A DNA stretch of 51,644 nucleotides. It comes from Candidatus Parcubacteria bacterium. Lineage in GTDB: Bacteria > Patescibacteriota > Patescibacteriia > UBA1558 > GWA2-36-10. How positions within the stretch are numbered: position 1 is the first letter of the stretch; the number at the start of each line of letters is the position of its first letter. The stretch spans positions 1-51,644 of the forward strand of contig JABJNO010000023.1 of the NCBI GenBank assembly GCA_018664825.1, in the 5' to 3' direction. A program made the translations under genes and the position numbers. Shown in pieces: positions 25,418 to 34,287 of the stretch. The notes under the pieces are model-generated. The model worked only from the letters and a program-made list of their open reading frames with translations. It was not told where the DNA came from and searched no databases.

Positions 25418-26563
25418 TTATCTAACTTTATATTTAGCTACTGCCTTGGCTATTGCCAAAACAACTTTTTTATCCAAAACATTTGGTACAATTTTATTTT
25501 TTGTCGGCTTCTTGATAGATTTTGCCAAAGCCTCAGCAGCTACAATCTTCATACCATCTACTACTTGTTTATGTTTGCCTAATAAAATTCCCTTAAAAAA
25601 TCCTGGGAAAACCAAAGCGTTGTTTATCTGATTTGGAAAATCAGACCTTCCTGTTCCTATTATTTTTGCACCTGCTTTTTTGGCAAGCTCTGGCATGATC
25701 TCGGGTGTTGGGTTTGACATCGCAAAAACAATTGAGTCTTTATTCATTTTGGTGACCATTTGTTTTTTTAATACTCCCCCTTTTGATACTCCAACAAAAA
25801 CATCTGCCCCCACAATAGCCTCGGCCAATCCTCCGGTAATATTTTTTTTGTTGGCAATCAAAATTTCTTTTTTATAAATATTCAAATCTTTTCTATCTTT
25901 TGAAACTATACCCTTTGAATCAATTACCAATATTTCTTTTATACCATATTTATAAAATAACTTTGTTATAGCAATACCAGCGGCGCCCGCCCCTGAAACC
26001 ACTACTTTTAAATTTTTTATTTTTTTGTTCAACAATTTTGCAGAGTTTATAAGAGCCGCCAAAGCCACAATAGCTGTGCCATGCTGATCATCATGAAAAA
26101 CTGGAATATCCAGTTCTTTTTGTAGGCGCTGTTCTATCTCAAAACAACGAGGTGCTGAAATGTCTTCCAAGTTTATTGCCGCAAAATTTGGTTGTAAATA
26201 TTTTATAGTATCTATTATTTTATCCGTATCTTTGGTATCAAGACTTATAGGGAAAGCATCTATACCTGCTAGTTCTTTAAACAAAATAGATTTACCTTCC
26301 ATCACTGGCGTGGCTGCCTCGGGACCAATATCTCCCAAACCCAAAACTGCCGTACCGTCTGTGATTATACCAACCATATTAGCACGACTAGTAAAATCAT
26401 AAGACTTCTTCTTGTCTTTGTGTATTTCCAAACATACTTGAGCAACCCCTGGCGTATAAACAATAGCCAAGTCCCGGCTATTGTTTATTTTTACTTTACT
26501 ATTGATAGATATCTTACCACGCTTGCTCTTGTGTTTGTCTAGTATTTCTCTGCGTGTAATCAT
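25418..26563 (-). CDS. NAD(P)-dependent malic enzyme (short type)
   Basis: YTPGVA, TDGTAVLGLGDIG, MEGK, NLEDISAPRCF, FHDDQHGTA, NQINNAL. Confidence 0.95.
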   Translation of the reverse strand: MITRREILDKHKSKRGKISINSKVKINNSRDLAIVYTPGVAQVCLEIHKDKKKSYDFTSRANMVGIITDGTAVLGLGDIGPEAATPVMEGKSILFKELAGIDAFPISLDTKDTDKIIDTIKYLQPNFAAINLEDISAPRCFEIEQRLQKELDIPVFHDDQHGTAIVALAALINSAKLLNKKIKNLKVVVSGAGAAGIAITKLFYKYGIKEILVIDSKGIVSKDRKDLNIYKKEILIANKKNITGGLAEAIVGADVFVGVSKGGVLKKQMVTKMNKDSIVFAMSNPTPEIMPELAKKAGAKIIGTGRSDFPNQINNALVFPGFFKGILLGKHKQVVDGMKIVAAEALAKSIKKPTKNKIVPNVLDKKVVLAIAKAVAKYKVR

Positions 26564-26566
26564 ATT

Positions 26567-27529
26567 TTACTTTTTCTTTGGAGTCCAATCTGGAATCAAT
26601 GGCTGATCACCTTGTATATAACGATAAGCTTGCAAGGCAGCCTTACAGCCCTCGCCAGCTGATATCACAGCTTGCTTATAAGTAATCTCCGTCACATCTC
26701 CTGCGGCAAAAATACCAGGTTGATTTGTTTCATTATCGATTGATATTTTTATCTCACCTCTCTCTGTCCTATCAACCACATCTTTGAGCCAGTCTGTCTT
26801 GGCTATATGGCCTATTTCTATAAATACACCATCTACATCAATTTCTGTTTCTTTACCATCGTCAGTAGCATAAACCAAAGACTCAACCTTGTCGGTACCT
26901 TTGATTTCTTTGGCATTGACCTGAAAAACTACTTCTATATTTTCAGCATCGTGTACTTTTTTAGCCAAAATCTGCTCACCTCTAAACTTGTCTTTTCTGA
27001 CTAGCATGTATACTTTTTTGGCTAGCTTACTCATGTACTCGGCTGCATCAAGGGCTGAATTTCCACCCCCAACAACAACCACCACTTTACCTCTGTATAG
27101 AGGCCCATCACAAGTAGCACAATAAGTAACTCCCTTGCCGGTAAGCTCAATTTCTCCTGGTACACCCAAATTTCGTGGAGTCAATCCAAATCCCAAAATA
27201 ACTGCCTTGGCATTTATTTCTTTTCCACTAGCTGTTTTGACGCTAAATTTTGTATCACCATTTTCCTTTTTTTCCAAAGACACAACTTCTTCAAATAAAA
27301 ACTCAGTTCCTGTCTTGGCCGCTTGTTGTTGGAATTTTACAGAAAGATCCATTCCTCCAATAGACTCAAAGCCAGGATAGTTTTCTACATCATCGGTCAA
27401 GGAAAGTTGTCCCCCAATGTCCTTGGATATCACCAAGGTCTTTAGAGAGCGACGAGTAGTATAAATTGCCGCTGTCAGACCAGATGGTCCTCCTCCAATT
27501 ATTACTATGTCATAATTGTCTGTGCTCAT
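26567..27529 (-). CDS. trxB: Thioredoxin-disulfide reductase
   Basis: GGGPSG, CATCDG redox motif, GGGNSA, FAAGDV. Confidence 0.96.
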   Translation of the reverse strand: MSTDNYDIVIIGGGPSGLTAAIYTTRRSLKTLVISKDIGGQLSLTDDVENYPGFESIGGMDLSVKFQQQAAKTGTEFLFEEVVSLEKKENGDTKFSVKTASGKEINAKAVILGFGLTPRNLGVPGEIELTGKGVTYCATCDGPLYRGKVVVVVGGGNSALDAAEYMSKLAKKVYMLVRKDKFRGEQILAKKVHDAENIEVVFQVNAKEIKGTDKVESLVYATDDGKETEIDVDGVFIEIGHIAKTDWLKDVVDRTERGEIKISIDNETNQPGIFAAGDVTEITYKQAVISAGEGCKAALQAYRYIQGDQPLIPDWTPKKK

Positions 27530-27535
27530 ATTTTT

Positions 27536-27862
27536 TTAGCTTAAATGACTATTTATCTTTTCTACTAAACTTTCTTTACTTTGCAATCCTACAAAGTTTT
27601 CTACTGGTTTTCCATCTTTAAATATTTTCAAAGTTGGAATACTCATCACTTCCCACTCCTGAGCTTTGCCTTGATTTTCATCTACATTTAGTTTGGCTAT
27701 TTTTATTTTGTCGTTTCCTTTGAGCTCTTCTACCAATTGATCTATGATTGGTCCTTGCATTTTACAAGGTCCACACCAAGGAGCCCAAAAATCTACCAAA
27801 GCTACACCCTTAAACTCTTTAATTTCTTGATCAAAATTTTGATCTGTTACTTCCAATGCCAT
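27536..27862 (-). CDS. trxA: Thioredoxin
   Basis: DFWAPWCGPC active site, SIPTL. Confidence 0.97.
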   Translation of the reverse strand: MALEVTDQNFDQEIKEFKGVALVDFWAPWCGPCKMQGPIIDQLVEELKGNDKIKIAKLNVDENQGKAQEWEVMSIPTLKIFKDGKPVENFVGLQSKESLVEKINSHLS

Positions 27863-27879
27863 ATTTTTATTCTTAATTA

Positions 27880-28140
27880 TTATGTATTTTTAAATAAAAC
27901 TTCTACCAATTTTAATAACTCTTGTTTTTTGACAACCCTGTTTCCATCATAACAACCACTTACCTTGTCGTTGACCAGTAACCTAGTGACCGAATCAAGT
28001 GATGAACGAGCTGCCTGTACTACTCTAACAATTTCTTCTATATCTCGCTTGTCATTGTACATTTTTTCAATAGCCCGAACCTGCCCCTCAATACGGTGCA
28101 GTTGTAAAATTATCTTTTTTGGATCACAGTTGTTTTTCAT
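27880..28140 (-). CDS. CsoR/RcnR-family transcriptional repressor (start corrected to 28140)
   Basis: LHRIEGQVRAIEKM motif; 86 aa; follows promoter TTGACA-17-TATAAT. Confidence 0.88.
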   Translation of the reverse strand: MKNNCDPKKIILQLHRIEGQVRAIEKMYNDKRDIEEIVRVVQAARSSLDSVTRLLVNDKVSGCYDGNRVVKKQELLKLVEVLFKNT

Positions 28141-28144
28141 ACCT

Positions 28145-28161
28145 ATACCCTCTATGGGTAT
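28145..28161. promoter_or_regulatory. CsoR-type operator overlapping the -10/+1 of the csoR-trxA-trxB operon
   Basis: Inverted repeat ATACCC-TCTAT-GGGTAT, the G/C-tract palindrome form typical of CsoR operators. Confidence 0.75.
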
Positions 28162-28197
28162 TATACTACCGCTTTGTTTATTTGTCAATACAAAATA

Positions 28198-28228
28198 AAA
28201 ACCCCGCTCAACTAATGTTGAGCGGGGC
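28198..28228 (-). terminator. Terminator of the MTAP cassette
   Basis: CCCCGCTCAAC/GTTGAGCGGGG inverted repeat with minus-strand T-tract. Confidence 0.85.
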
Positions 28229-28306
28229 ACACAAAGATGCACCTAGGTCGGGTAGACTCCCGACACCCTCCTCAAAGGATGCAGCTGGGCATAGGTCCAT
28301 ACTTTG

Positions 28307-29167
28307 CTATTTGGAGTCAGCTCCTATCATCTGCCAGACAGATTGTTCCCTCCCCTTTCGGCAAGGACAATCTGGTTTATGCCAGACATCTTTACACTGG
28401 ATCATATAGACAGCAGATATCACCCGATCGATGATCAACGGACGCATGGTTTCCATGGCAACCAAAACTTTTTTCCCATCATCATCTGCTGGGGCCATAT
28501 TGGTCACACCACATATCAAGGCATAAGGCACAGAAGCCTCACCTGCCAAGACTATCTCTGGAAAAGCAGTGGTCATACCCACAACAGTGATGTTGTCTCG
28601 ACGGCGAGTCGCAATTTCTGATGGGGTCTCAAAACGAGGTCCCTTGAGACTACAGGCCAGGGTGCCGGCTCTCTTGATCTTTTGATCACCAGCCAACATA
28701 GATTGTAGGCTAGGACAAAACGGCACATCAAGTGGACGATGAAACGCTCCTTGATGAGTAAAGCTTGGCAACATAAAAGTGTAGGGATCCAAAACATGGT
28801 CGTGAGTTTGATCAGGAATGATCAAATCTCCTGGCTTTAGGCCATTGGTGTGCAGAGATTCTACAATTGCTCCAACTGCCGAAGATGCCAGGATAGCATC
28901 AACCTTGAGCACGTGGACCAAAACATACATATAAGCTTGATGAACAAGCTCATGAGGTGCCTTGAAGCCACCAGTAGAATAATGTCTACTAATAAAAGTA
29001 AACTCAACCACTTCTCCTGGTTGGATTTCTTTACGGACAGTGGTCCAATGGACTGGTCCACCATAAGGTGTGTCTTCTGCCCTTCCTTCTTTTAGTTCAA
29101 ATCCATCAGCCTGAAAAGCTTCAAGCATACCCGTACCACCGATAAAGGCAACTTTTTTGGTAATCAT
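28307..29167 (-). CDS. MTAP-family purine nucleoside phosphorylase
   Basis: AFIGGTG, FISRH, SAVG, HRPLDVPFC, GPRFETPSE, VVGMT, CGVTNMA; SD AAGGAG; GC-richer than flanks. Confidence 0.88.
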   Translation of the reverse strand: MITKKVAFIGGTGMLEAFQADGFELKEGRAEDTPYGGPVHWTTVRKEIQPGEVVEFTFISRHYSTGGFKAPHELVHQAYMYVLVHVLKVDAILASSAVGAIVESLHTNGLKPGDLIIPDQTHDHVLDPYTFMLPSFTHQGAFHRPLDVPFCPSLQSMLAGDQKIKRAGTLACSLKGPRFETPSEIATRRRDNITVVGMTTAFPEIVLAGEASVPYALICGVTNMAPADDDGKKVLVAMETMRPLIIDRVISAVYMIQCKDVWHKPDCPCRKGREQSVWQMIGADSK

Positions 29168-29334
29168 CTTAACTCCTTTTAGATTTAATGAACATTTACA
29201 CGGAAAAACATATCAATATAACAGGATAACTCGTTGCTTGTCAATAATGCTTGACAAATACTTGAATATATGCTATGATTATATATTATCGTAGAACGTT
29301 CCTTTAACCCAAAACCTCAAAAGGAGGTGAAAAA

Positions 29335-29658
29335 ATGGATTTTATCAGCCGCTTTTCAATGGCCATCTTGGTCAAAATTGTCCAGTTTATCCTGATTTTA
29401 GGGCTTCTCTTTGTAACTGCCCTTTGCCAGGCTGGACTGATGTCCAATGCTTGGTTCCACGATCTCAAGGACTATCTCAACGTCGACACTATCCAACTAC
29501 TCATGACATTTGCTGTCGCTTTTGGAATCTGGACCTTTATTTATCTGGTCATTTCTGGCCTACTAAATAAGATGAATGGAGTACTACACCTAATACTAGT
29601 AATCATTCATTATGGTGTGCCATTAGGACTGATGATCATTTTTTCAAAACTATATTAA
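29335..29658 (+). CDS. Hypothetical membrane protein (3 TM)
   Basis: SD AAGGAGG, promoter TTGACA(29251)-17-TATGAT, terminator about 29657-29687. Confidence 0.7.
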   Translation: MDFISRFSMAILVKIVQFILILGLLFVTALCQAGLMSNAWFHDLKDYLNVDTIQLLMTFAVAFGIWTFIYLVISGLLNKMNGVLHLILVIIHYGVPLGLMIIFSKLY

Positions 29659-29728
29659 AACCCCTGTTAGAAATAACGGGGGTTTTCGCTAATATTAGAC
29701 AAATTTTTGTTTTCTAGCCAAAATCTAG

Positions 29729-30688
29729 CTAATCATTTTCATCCTCAATATCACCTACAATTTCTTCCAATAAGTCCTCCATTGTCACCAAACCAACTAA
29801 TTCATCATTTCTGATCACTATGGCCATATGGGTACGTTTTCTCCTCATTTTATTGAAAACATTGTTGATTTTATCATCCTCTTTTATCTTCAAAATAGGG
29901 TGGACATGCTTTTCCAAAGAATCCTCTCTGTTGTCACTATTCAAAACTTCCATAATATCCAACACATGCACATAGCCAACAATGTTGTCTTTTTGATTAT
30001 GATAAACAGGGTATCTACTAAAACCCTCTTGTGCCATAAAATATGAAACCTGATCAACTTCGGCATCATCATTTAATACCACCATCTTATAGCGAGGTAT
30101 CATAATTTCTTTTATTTCTTTATCATCAAATTCCAATATATTCATTATCATTTCATGTTCTTCAAACTCCAAGACACCCTCTTCAACCGCCAAACGACTC
30201 AAAGCCTTAAACTCAGTCTCTGACACTCCTTGGCTATTTTTACCTCTAGTTAGCCAAATTAATAACTTTTCCAAGATATAAACTATTGGGAAAAGTATAA
30301 TTTGTAAAAAATACACCATTGGAGAAAATAATCTAGCCAATCTTTCGGCATTGATTTCAAAATAGGCTTTGGGATACATCTCACCAAAAACCAATATCAA
30401 CAATGTCATTGCTCCGGTAGCAATACCCGCACCCGCTGAACCAAATTTTTGAGTTGCCATCACAGTAGCCAAACTAGCTGCTCCAATATTTACCAAATTA
30501 TTACCCAATAATATTACAACCAATAAGCGTTGTTTTTTTATTAACAATTTTTGTAACAATTCAGCGTTTGATTTTTTGGCCATAGCCATAGATTTTACCT
30601 GGGCAGAAGACATAGAAAACATGGCAATTTCCATACCAGAAAACCACGCAGACAAAGCTATTAAAATAAGTAACACTAAATACATCAT
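29729..30688 (-). CDS. CNNM/CorB-type (DUF21 plus CBS pair) Mg2+ transport/hemolysin-like protein
   Basis: FSGMEIA, ILLGNNLVN, LVFGEMYPK, MIPR, FSRYPVY, GLVTMEDLLEEIVGDI; start placed at ATG 30688. Confidence 0.9.
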   Translation of the reverse strand: MMYLVLLILIALSAWFSGMEIAMFSMSSAQVKSMAMAKKSNAELLQKLLIKKQRLLVVILLGNNLVNIGAASLATVMATQKFGSAGAGIATGAMTLLILVFGEMYPKAYFEINAERLARLFSPMVYFLQIILFPIVYILEKLLIWLTRGKNSQGVSETEFKALSRLAVEEGVLEFEEHEMIMNILEFDDKEIKEIMIPRYKMVVLNDDAEVDQVSYFMAQEGFSRYPVYHNQKDNIVGYVHVLDIMEVLNSDNREDSLEKHVHPILKIKEDDKINNVFNKMRRKRTHMAIVIRNDELVGLVTMEDLLEEIVGDIEDEND

Positions 30689-30692
30689 ATTT

Positions 30693-30785
30693 TTATAAAA
30701 CAAAAATCTGCCTATCAAAAAGGCAGTCTAAAAAACGAATTAGATTGTGTGGCGATATCGGACTGGGCTCGTCAATAATCATCAT
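30693..30785 (-). promoter_or_regulatory. Leaderless Pro-rich uORF overlapping a terminator hairpin (putative attenuator)
   Basis: Extended -10 TGgTATTAT 6 nt before ATG; peptide MMIIDEPSPISPHNLIRFLDCLFDRQIFVL; hairpin CTGCCT/AGGCAG at 30708-30726 plus T-tract. Confidence 0.5.
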
Positions 30786-30851
30786 ATTTATATAATACCA
30801 GAATTTGAAAATAGGGGACAGCGTGCCACATCTTGCTGTGGCAAATTTGCA

Positions 30852-30927
30852 TGGTGACCCCACCAGGACTTGAACCTGGATCTACAGCTTAGGAGGCTAT
30901 TGTTTTATCCGGTTAAACTATGGAGTC
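30852..30927 (-). tRNA. tRNA-Arg(CCT)
   Basis: GACTCCA..ATAGC-CT-CCT-AA-GCTGT..GGTTCAAGTCC..TGGGGTCACCA. Confidence 0.96.
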
Positions 30928-30979
30928 TGGGCACTATTTTATTTAAAACTAAATAAAATGTAGTGTCGTAATATATTAT

Positions 30980-31111
30980 CTATGCTATCAAATTAATCAG
31001 AAGATCATTGTTTAGATCAAGATATTTCAATAATCCAAAAATAGCCAAGATGATTATTAAAAATAAAAGTGATTTCTTTATTTCTGACTTTAAGTCTTTT
31101 AATTGTTCCAT
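30980..31111 (-). CDS. Small single-pass membrane protein (43 aa, not in ORF track)
   Basis: MEQLKDLKSEIKKSLLFLIIILAIFGLLKYLDLNNDLLINLIA; promoter TAGACT-17-TACAAT upstream, apparently co-transcribed with tRNA-Arg. Confidence 0.55.
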   Translation of the reverse strand: MEQLKDLKSEIKKSLLFLIIILAIFGLLKYLDLNNDLLINLIA

Positions 31112-31269
31112 GTTTATATTTTACTGTTTTTAGCACTGACAATTGTAATATAATTTTGATAAAAAGTCTACCTTTTAAACACTTTTTCCACTTATTTATC
31201 TTTACTTTTTTGGCTGTCTAGATTAAGATATAGTGGCAATATTTAAATATTAAAACTAATTTAAACTAT

Positions 31270-31701
31270 ATGTTTTCTAAAAATCAGCCGACACAAAATC
31301 ATAAGTCCATTGAAACCATTATTGGCCCCTCTGTAAAAGTACAAGGAGACTTCCAGGGAGAGGGTGATTTGGTGATTGAGGGTATTTTGATGGGTAGTCT
31401 AGAAACCAAAAATAATCTCAAGGTAGGACAAAATGCCATAGTTGAAGCTGGTATCAAAGCCAACAACGCTTTTATATCAGGTAAGGTAAAAGGTAATATT
31501 TCTGTCAAAGGAAAACTAGAAATTACAGGTACCGCTATTGTCCTTGGAGACATCAAGGCTCAAATCCTTTCTATTGAAAGTGGGGCGCTACTCAAAGGTA
31601 ATATCAATATGCCTGTTAGTAAATTTTCTGCTCAAGATGAACTACCAGTTAACCCGACAGAAGAAGTTGAGGTTTCTGTAGAAGAAGTTGAAGAAAAATA
31701 A
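31270..31701 (+). CDS. Bactofilin (polymer-forming cytoskeletal protein)
   Basis: TIIGPSVKVQGDF..GDLVIEG..G...V..G...G.I beta-helix pattern. Confidence 0.93.
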   Translation: MFSKNQPTQNHKSIETIIGPSVKVQGDFQGEGDLVIEGILMGSLETKNNLKVGQNAIVEAGIKANNAFISGKVKGNISVKGKLEITGTAIVLGDIKAQILSIESGALLKGNINMPVSKFSAQDELPVNPTEEVEVSVEEVEEK

Positions 31702-31718
31702 AAATTAATTCCCAAGTA

Positions 31719-32468
31719 ATGTATCTCTACATCTACGACTCTTTTTTAAATGACAAAAAGTATACAGACCTTTTGATCAAAATAGAAAAGAGGATTACCG
31801 ATTTAGGCATCAAGGGTAAGGTCGCTCGTCTATCTGTCCTCAAAAACATGAAAGAGCTTATCATGGATGGGGTCAAAGAGGGTGTACAAACCGTTGTGGC
31901 CATCGGCAACAATCAAACTTTTGCAAAAGTCATAAATGTTGTGGCTGATCTTGATGTTACTTTGGGACTAATTCCTGTCGACAATGACAACTCTATTGCC
32001 AAGACGCTAGGTATTCCTCCAAAGGTTTTGGCTTGTGATATTTTGGCTTCTCGTATTATCAAAAAAATAGATTTAGGCAAAATAAACAACTATTATTTCA
32101 TAAATACAGCCGAAATTGTAAACGGAGATGTGGTGATAGAATACAATAATTTTAAAGTCCAACCCATTACCCGACAAAACAAAATCACTCTTTATAATTT
32201 TGCTACAAATGAAAACGCTCGAGTCGTCTCCAATCCAGTAGATGGTATACTAGAAGCTGTGATTACCCCTATAAAATCTACTATTTTTGGCAAAAAAAAT
32301 ATCGCTGGTACAGTTTTACCTTTTACAAAAATCAAGATTGGTAGTAATGCTGACGAGCAAATCTCTATCCTTACAGACGAGCAAATCATCATGAAAACAC
32401 CCGCTGAGATAAGCGTGGTTCCTCAAAAGCTCAAAATAATAGTCGGATCTGAGAGATCTTTTGAATAA
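31719..32468 (+). CDS. Diacylglycerol kinase (YegS-like) family protein with degenerate GGDG motif
   Basis: VVAIGNNQT, LGLIPV, IDLGKIN..YFIN, IKIVP-like pattern. Confidence 0.7.
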   Translation: MYLYIYDSFLNDKKYTDLLIKIEKRITDLGIKGKVARLSVLKNMKELIMDGVKEGVQTVVAIGNNQTFAKVINVVADLDVTLGLIPVDNDNSIAKTLGIPPKVLACDILASRIIKKIDLGKINNYYFINTAEIVNGDVVIEYNNFKVQPITRQNKITLYNFATNENARVVSNPVDGILEAVITPIKSTIFGKKNIAGTVLPFTKIKIGSNADEQISILTDEQIIMKTPAEISVVPQKLKIIVGSERSFE

Positions 32469-32474
32469 ATAATG

Positions 32475-32610
32475 TGTTCAATATAAAAGTCGGAGTAGGT
32501 GTTGGTTTCTATGCCTAAGCATGGTGCTTTATTAAGCATAGAAACGTCTCGTGCTTCACCTGCTCCGACCCAAAACAAAAACCCCTGAATAATTTCAGGG
32601 GTTTCTTTTT
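32475..32610 (+). ncRNA. Candidate structured RNA H (13-bp closing stem, 10-bp inner stem, terminator)
   Basis: Arms 32489-32501/32557-32569 and 32505-32514/32536-32545; terminator CCCCTGAA/TTCAGGGG; no own promoter found. Confidence 0.5.
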
Positions 32611-32618
32611 ATATAAAT

Positions 32619-33350
32619 TTATTTTTGGTCTACTACCTCTGGCTCTGAATCTTTCTTTTTCTTTTTACCGAGTACTAGATACTGTTGAGCAACTGAGAAT
32701 AATGTAGTCAGCAACCAATAAAATGTCAGACCAGCTGGAAACTGTGAACCAATCACTATGGTAATCACTGGCATGATATAAACCATCTGTGTTCCCATGG
32801 CACCAGCCATGCCTCCGCCTCCTCCTGGTTTCTTTTTGGCGACCATCATCTTTGATTGCCAAAACTGAGCTGCACCAGCAAGCACTGCGAGCACAATACT
32901 TTTTTCAGCTAAGTTGAAAAATCCAAAAGCCATTGTGTCCATCATGCCTGGGTTGTAAATAAAACCATACAAGGCACTCATGCTATCTTCCTTTGTCAGT
33001 CCATTGAAAAAGACCCTGTAGATGGCAAACAAAAATGGAAGCTGAATCAACATTGGCAAACAAGAAGAAAAAGGATTTATTTTTTTCTCTTTATAGAGAC
33101 CCATAATCTCTGGCCCCATCTTCTCTTTATCGTCTTTATATTTTTCTTTGATTTCTTCTATCGCTGGTTGAAGCTCTGATAAAGATTTTTGAGATTGAAT
33201 AGCTTTTTTGGAAAGAGGATAGAGGAGTAAACGAATGATTAGAGTCAACAAAATAATAGCTACACCCAAGTCATGTCCTGGAATTATATTATAAAGCCAA
33301 ACCAGTAAGTTGAAGATTGGTTGGTAAAATATAACGAAAAAAATGTTCAT
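32619..33350 (-). CDS. yidC: Membrane protein insertase YidC (short form)
   Basis: LTLIIRLLLYPL, MGLYKEKKINPFSSCLPMLIQLP, PAGLTFYW. Confidence 0.96.
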   Translation of the reverse strand: MNIFFVIFYQPIFNLLVWLYNIIPGHDLGVAIILLTLIIRLLLYPLSKKAIQSQKSLSELQPAIEEIKEKYKDDKEKMGPEIMGLYKEKKINPFSSCLPMLIQLPFLFAIYRVFFNGLTKEDSMSALYGFIYNPGMMDTMAFGFFNLAEKSIVLAVLAGAAQFWQSKMMVAKKKPGGGGGMAGAMGTQMVYIMPVITIVIGSQFPAGLTFYWLLTTLFSVAQQYLVLGKKKKKDSEPEVVDQK

Positions 33351-33364
33351 TTCTGTTTTTTTAA

Positions 33365-33601
33365 TTATTTAACTGGATCGTGCCCGCCCTGAGACCAAGG
33401 ATTACAACGAAAAACCCTATATGTTGCCAAGATAATACCCTTGAAAACACCAAATTTTTTGATAGATTGATAACCGTATTCAGAACAATGTGGATGATAA
33501 CGACAAAATCCATGAGGATAAAACACTTTAAACCAACCACTATCCGGAGAAAGTGTTTTTTGATAACCACGGATAACCTTTAATAGTATCTTTTTAAGCA
33601 T
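33365..33601 (-). CDS. yidD: Membrane protein insertion efficiency factor YidD
   Basis: CRYHPHCSEY, RVFRCNPWSQGGHDPV. Confidence 0.96.
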   Translation of the reverse strand: MLKKILLKVIRGYQKTLSPDSGWFKVFYPHGFCRYHPHCSEYGYQSIKKFGVFKGIILATYRVFRCNPWSQGGHDPVK

Positions 33602-33951
33602 TATTTGCTCTTATTATAGATTTTTATTTTTGAAAAAGCAAAGATAAATTGTTTTTTTATACTCTCAAAATCAAGTTCAAGTGCTTGTTTTTTGGCTATT
33701 ATTAGCACAGAGTAGCCTTTCCCAATATCTGGTAACAAACTTTTTACCACTTCTCTCATTTGTCTAGTAAGTTTGTTGCGAATTACAGCTCTTTTATCTA
33801 CTTTAGCAGAAACTATAAAGCCTACCTTGGTTTTTTCTTCTTTATTTGCAGTATATTTTATTACAAATTGCGGCAAAAAAAAGGTTTTGCCCGCACGGAC
33901 CAACCCTTTGATTTCACTATCTTTATGTAATCGGTGCTCTTTAGGCAACAT
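33601..33951 (-). CDS. rnpA: Ribonuclease P protein component
   Basis: MLPKEHRL, VGFIVSAKVDKRAVIRNKLTR RNR motif. Confidence 0.96.
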   Translation of the reverse strand: MLPKEHRLHKDSEIKGLVRAGKTFFLPQFVIKYTANKEEKTKVGFIVSAKVDKRAVIRNKLTRQMREVVKSLLPDIGKGYSVLIIAKKQALELDFESIKKQFIFAFSKIKIYNKSK

Positions 33952-33970
33952 AAAACTTGCCTATAAATAT

Positions 33971-34111
33971 TTAAGTGCTTAATTTTGCGCGTCCTCTTGT
34001 TCTTCTGCGCTTCAAAATATTTTTACCGCCCGGACTAGACATTCTAGCTCTAAAACCGTGTGTTTTAGCTCTTTTTCTAGTATTGGGTTGATAAGTTCTT
34101 TTAGTTGACAT
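33971..34111 (-). CDS. rpmH: 50S ribosomal protein L34 (46 aa, not in ORF track)
   Basis: Hand translation [46 protein letters not shown]. Confidence 0.98.
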   Translation of the reverse strand: MSTKRTYQPNTRKRAKTHGFRARMSSPGGKNILKRRRTRGRAKLST

Positions 34112-34287
34112 AAACTGTTATTACTTCAATCTTGTATAAATTTTAACTCGGTTAAGATAACATAATTTAAATGTTTTGACAAGGGTTTAAAAGTTGTCCC
34201 CCTTATAAACATTTTATGCACATTTTATTAACTTTTAGAGGATTTTTTAAAAAATTGATTTGTGGTACTATTATATAAGTATTAACT

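Noticed and set aside
29236-29257. Palindrome TTGTCAA-N6-TTGACAA as a transcription-factor operator
   Set aside because: Fully explained by two back-to-back -35 hexamers of divergent promoters.
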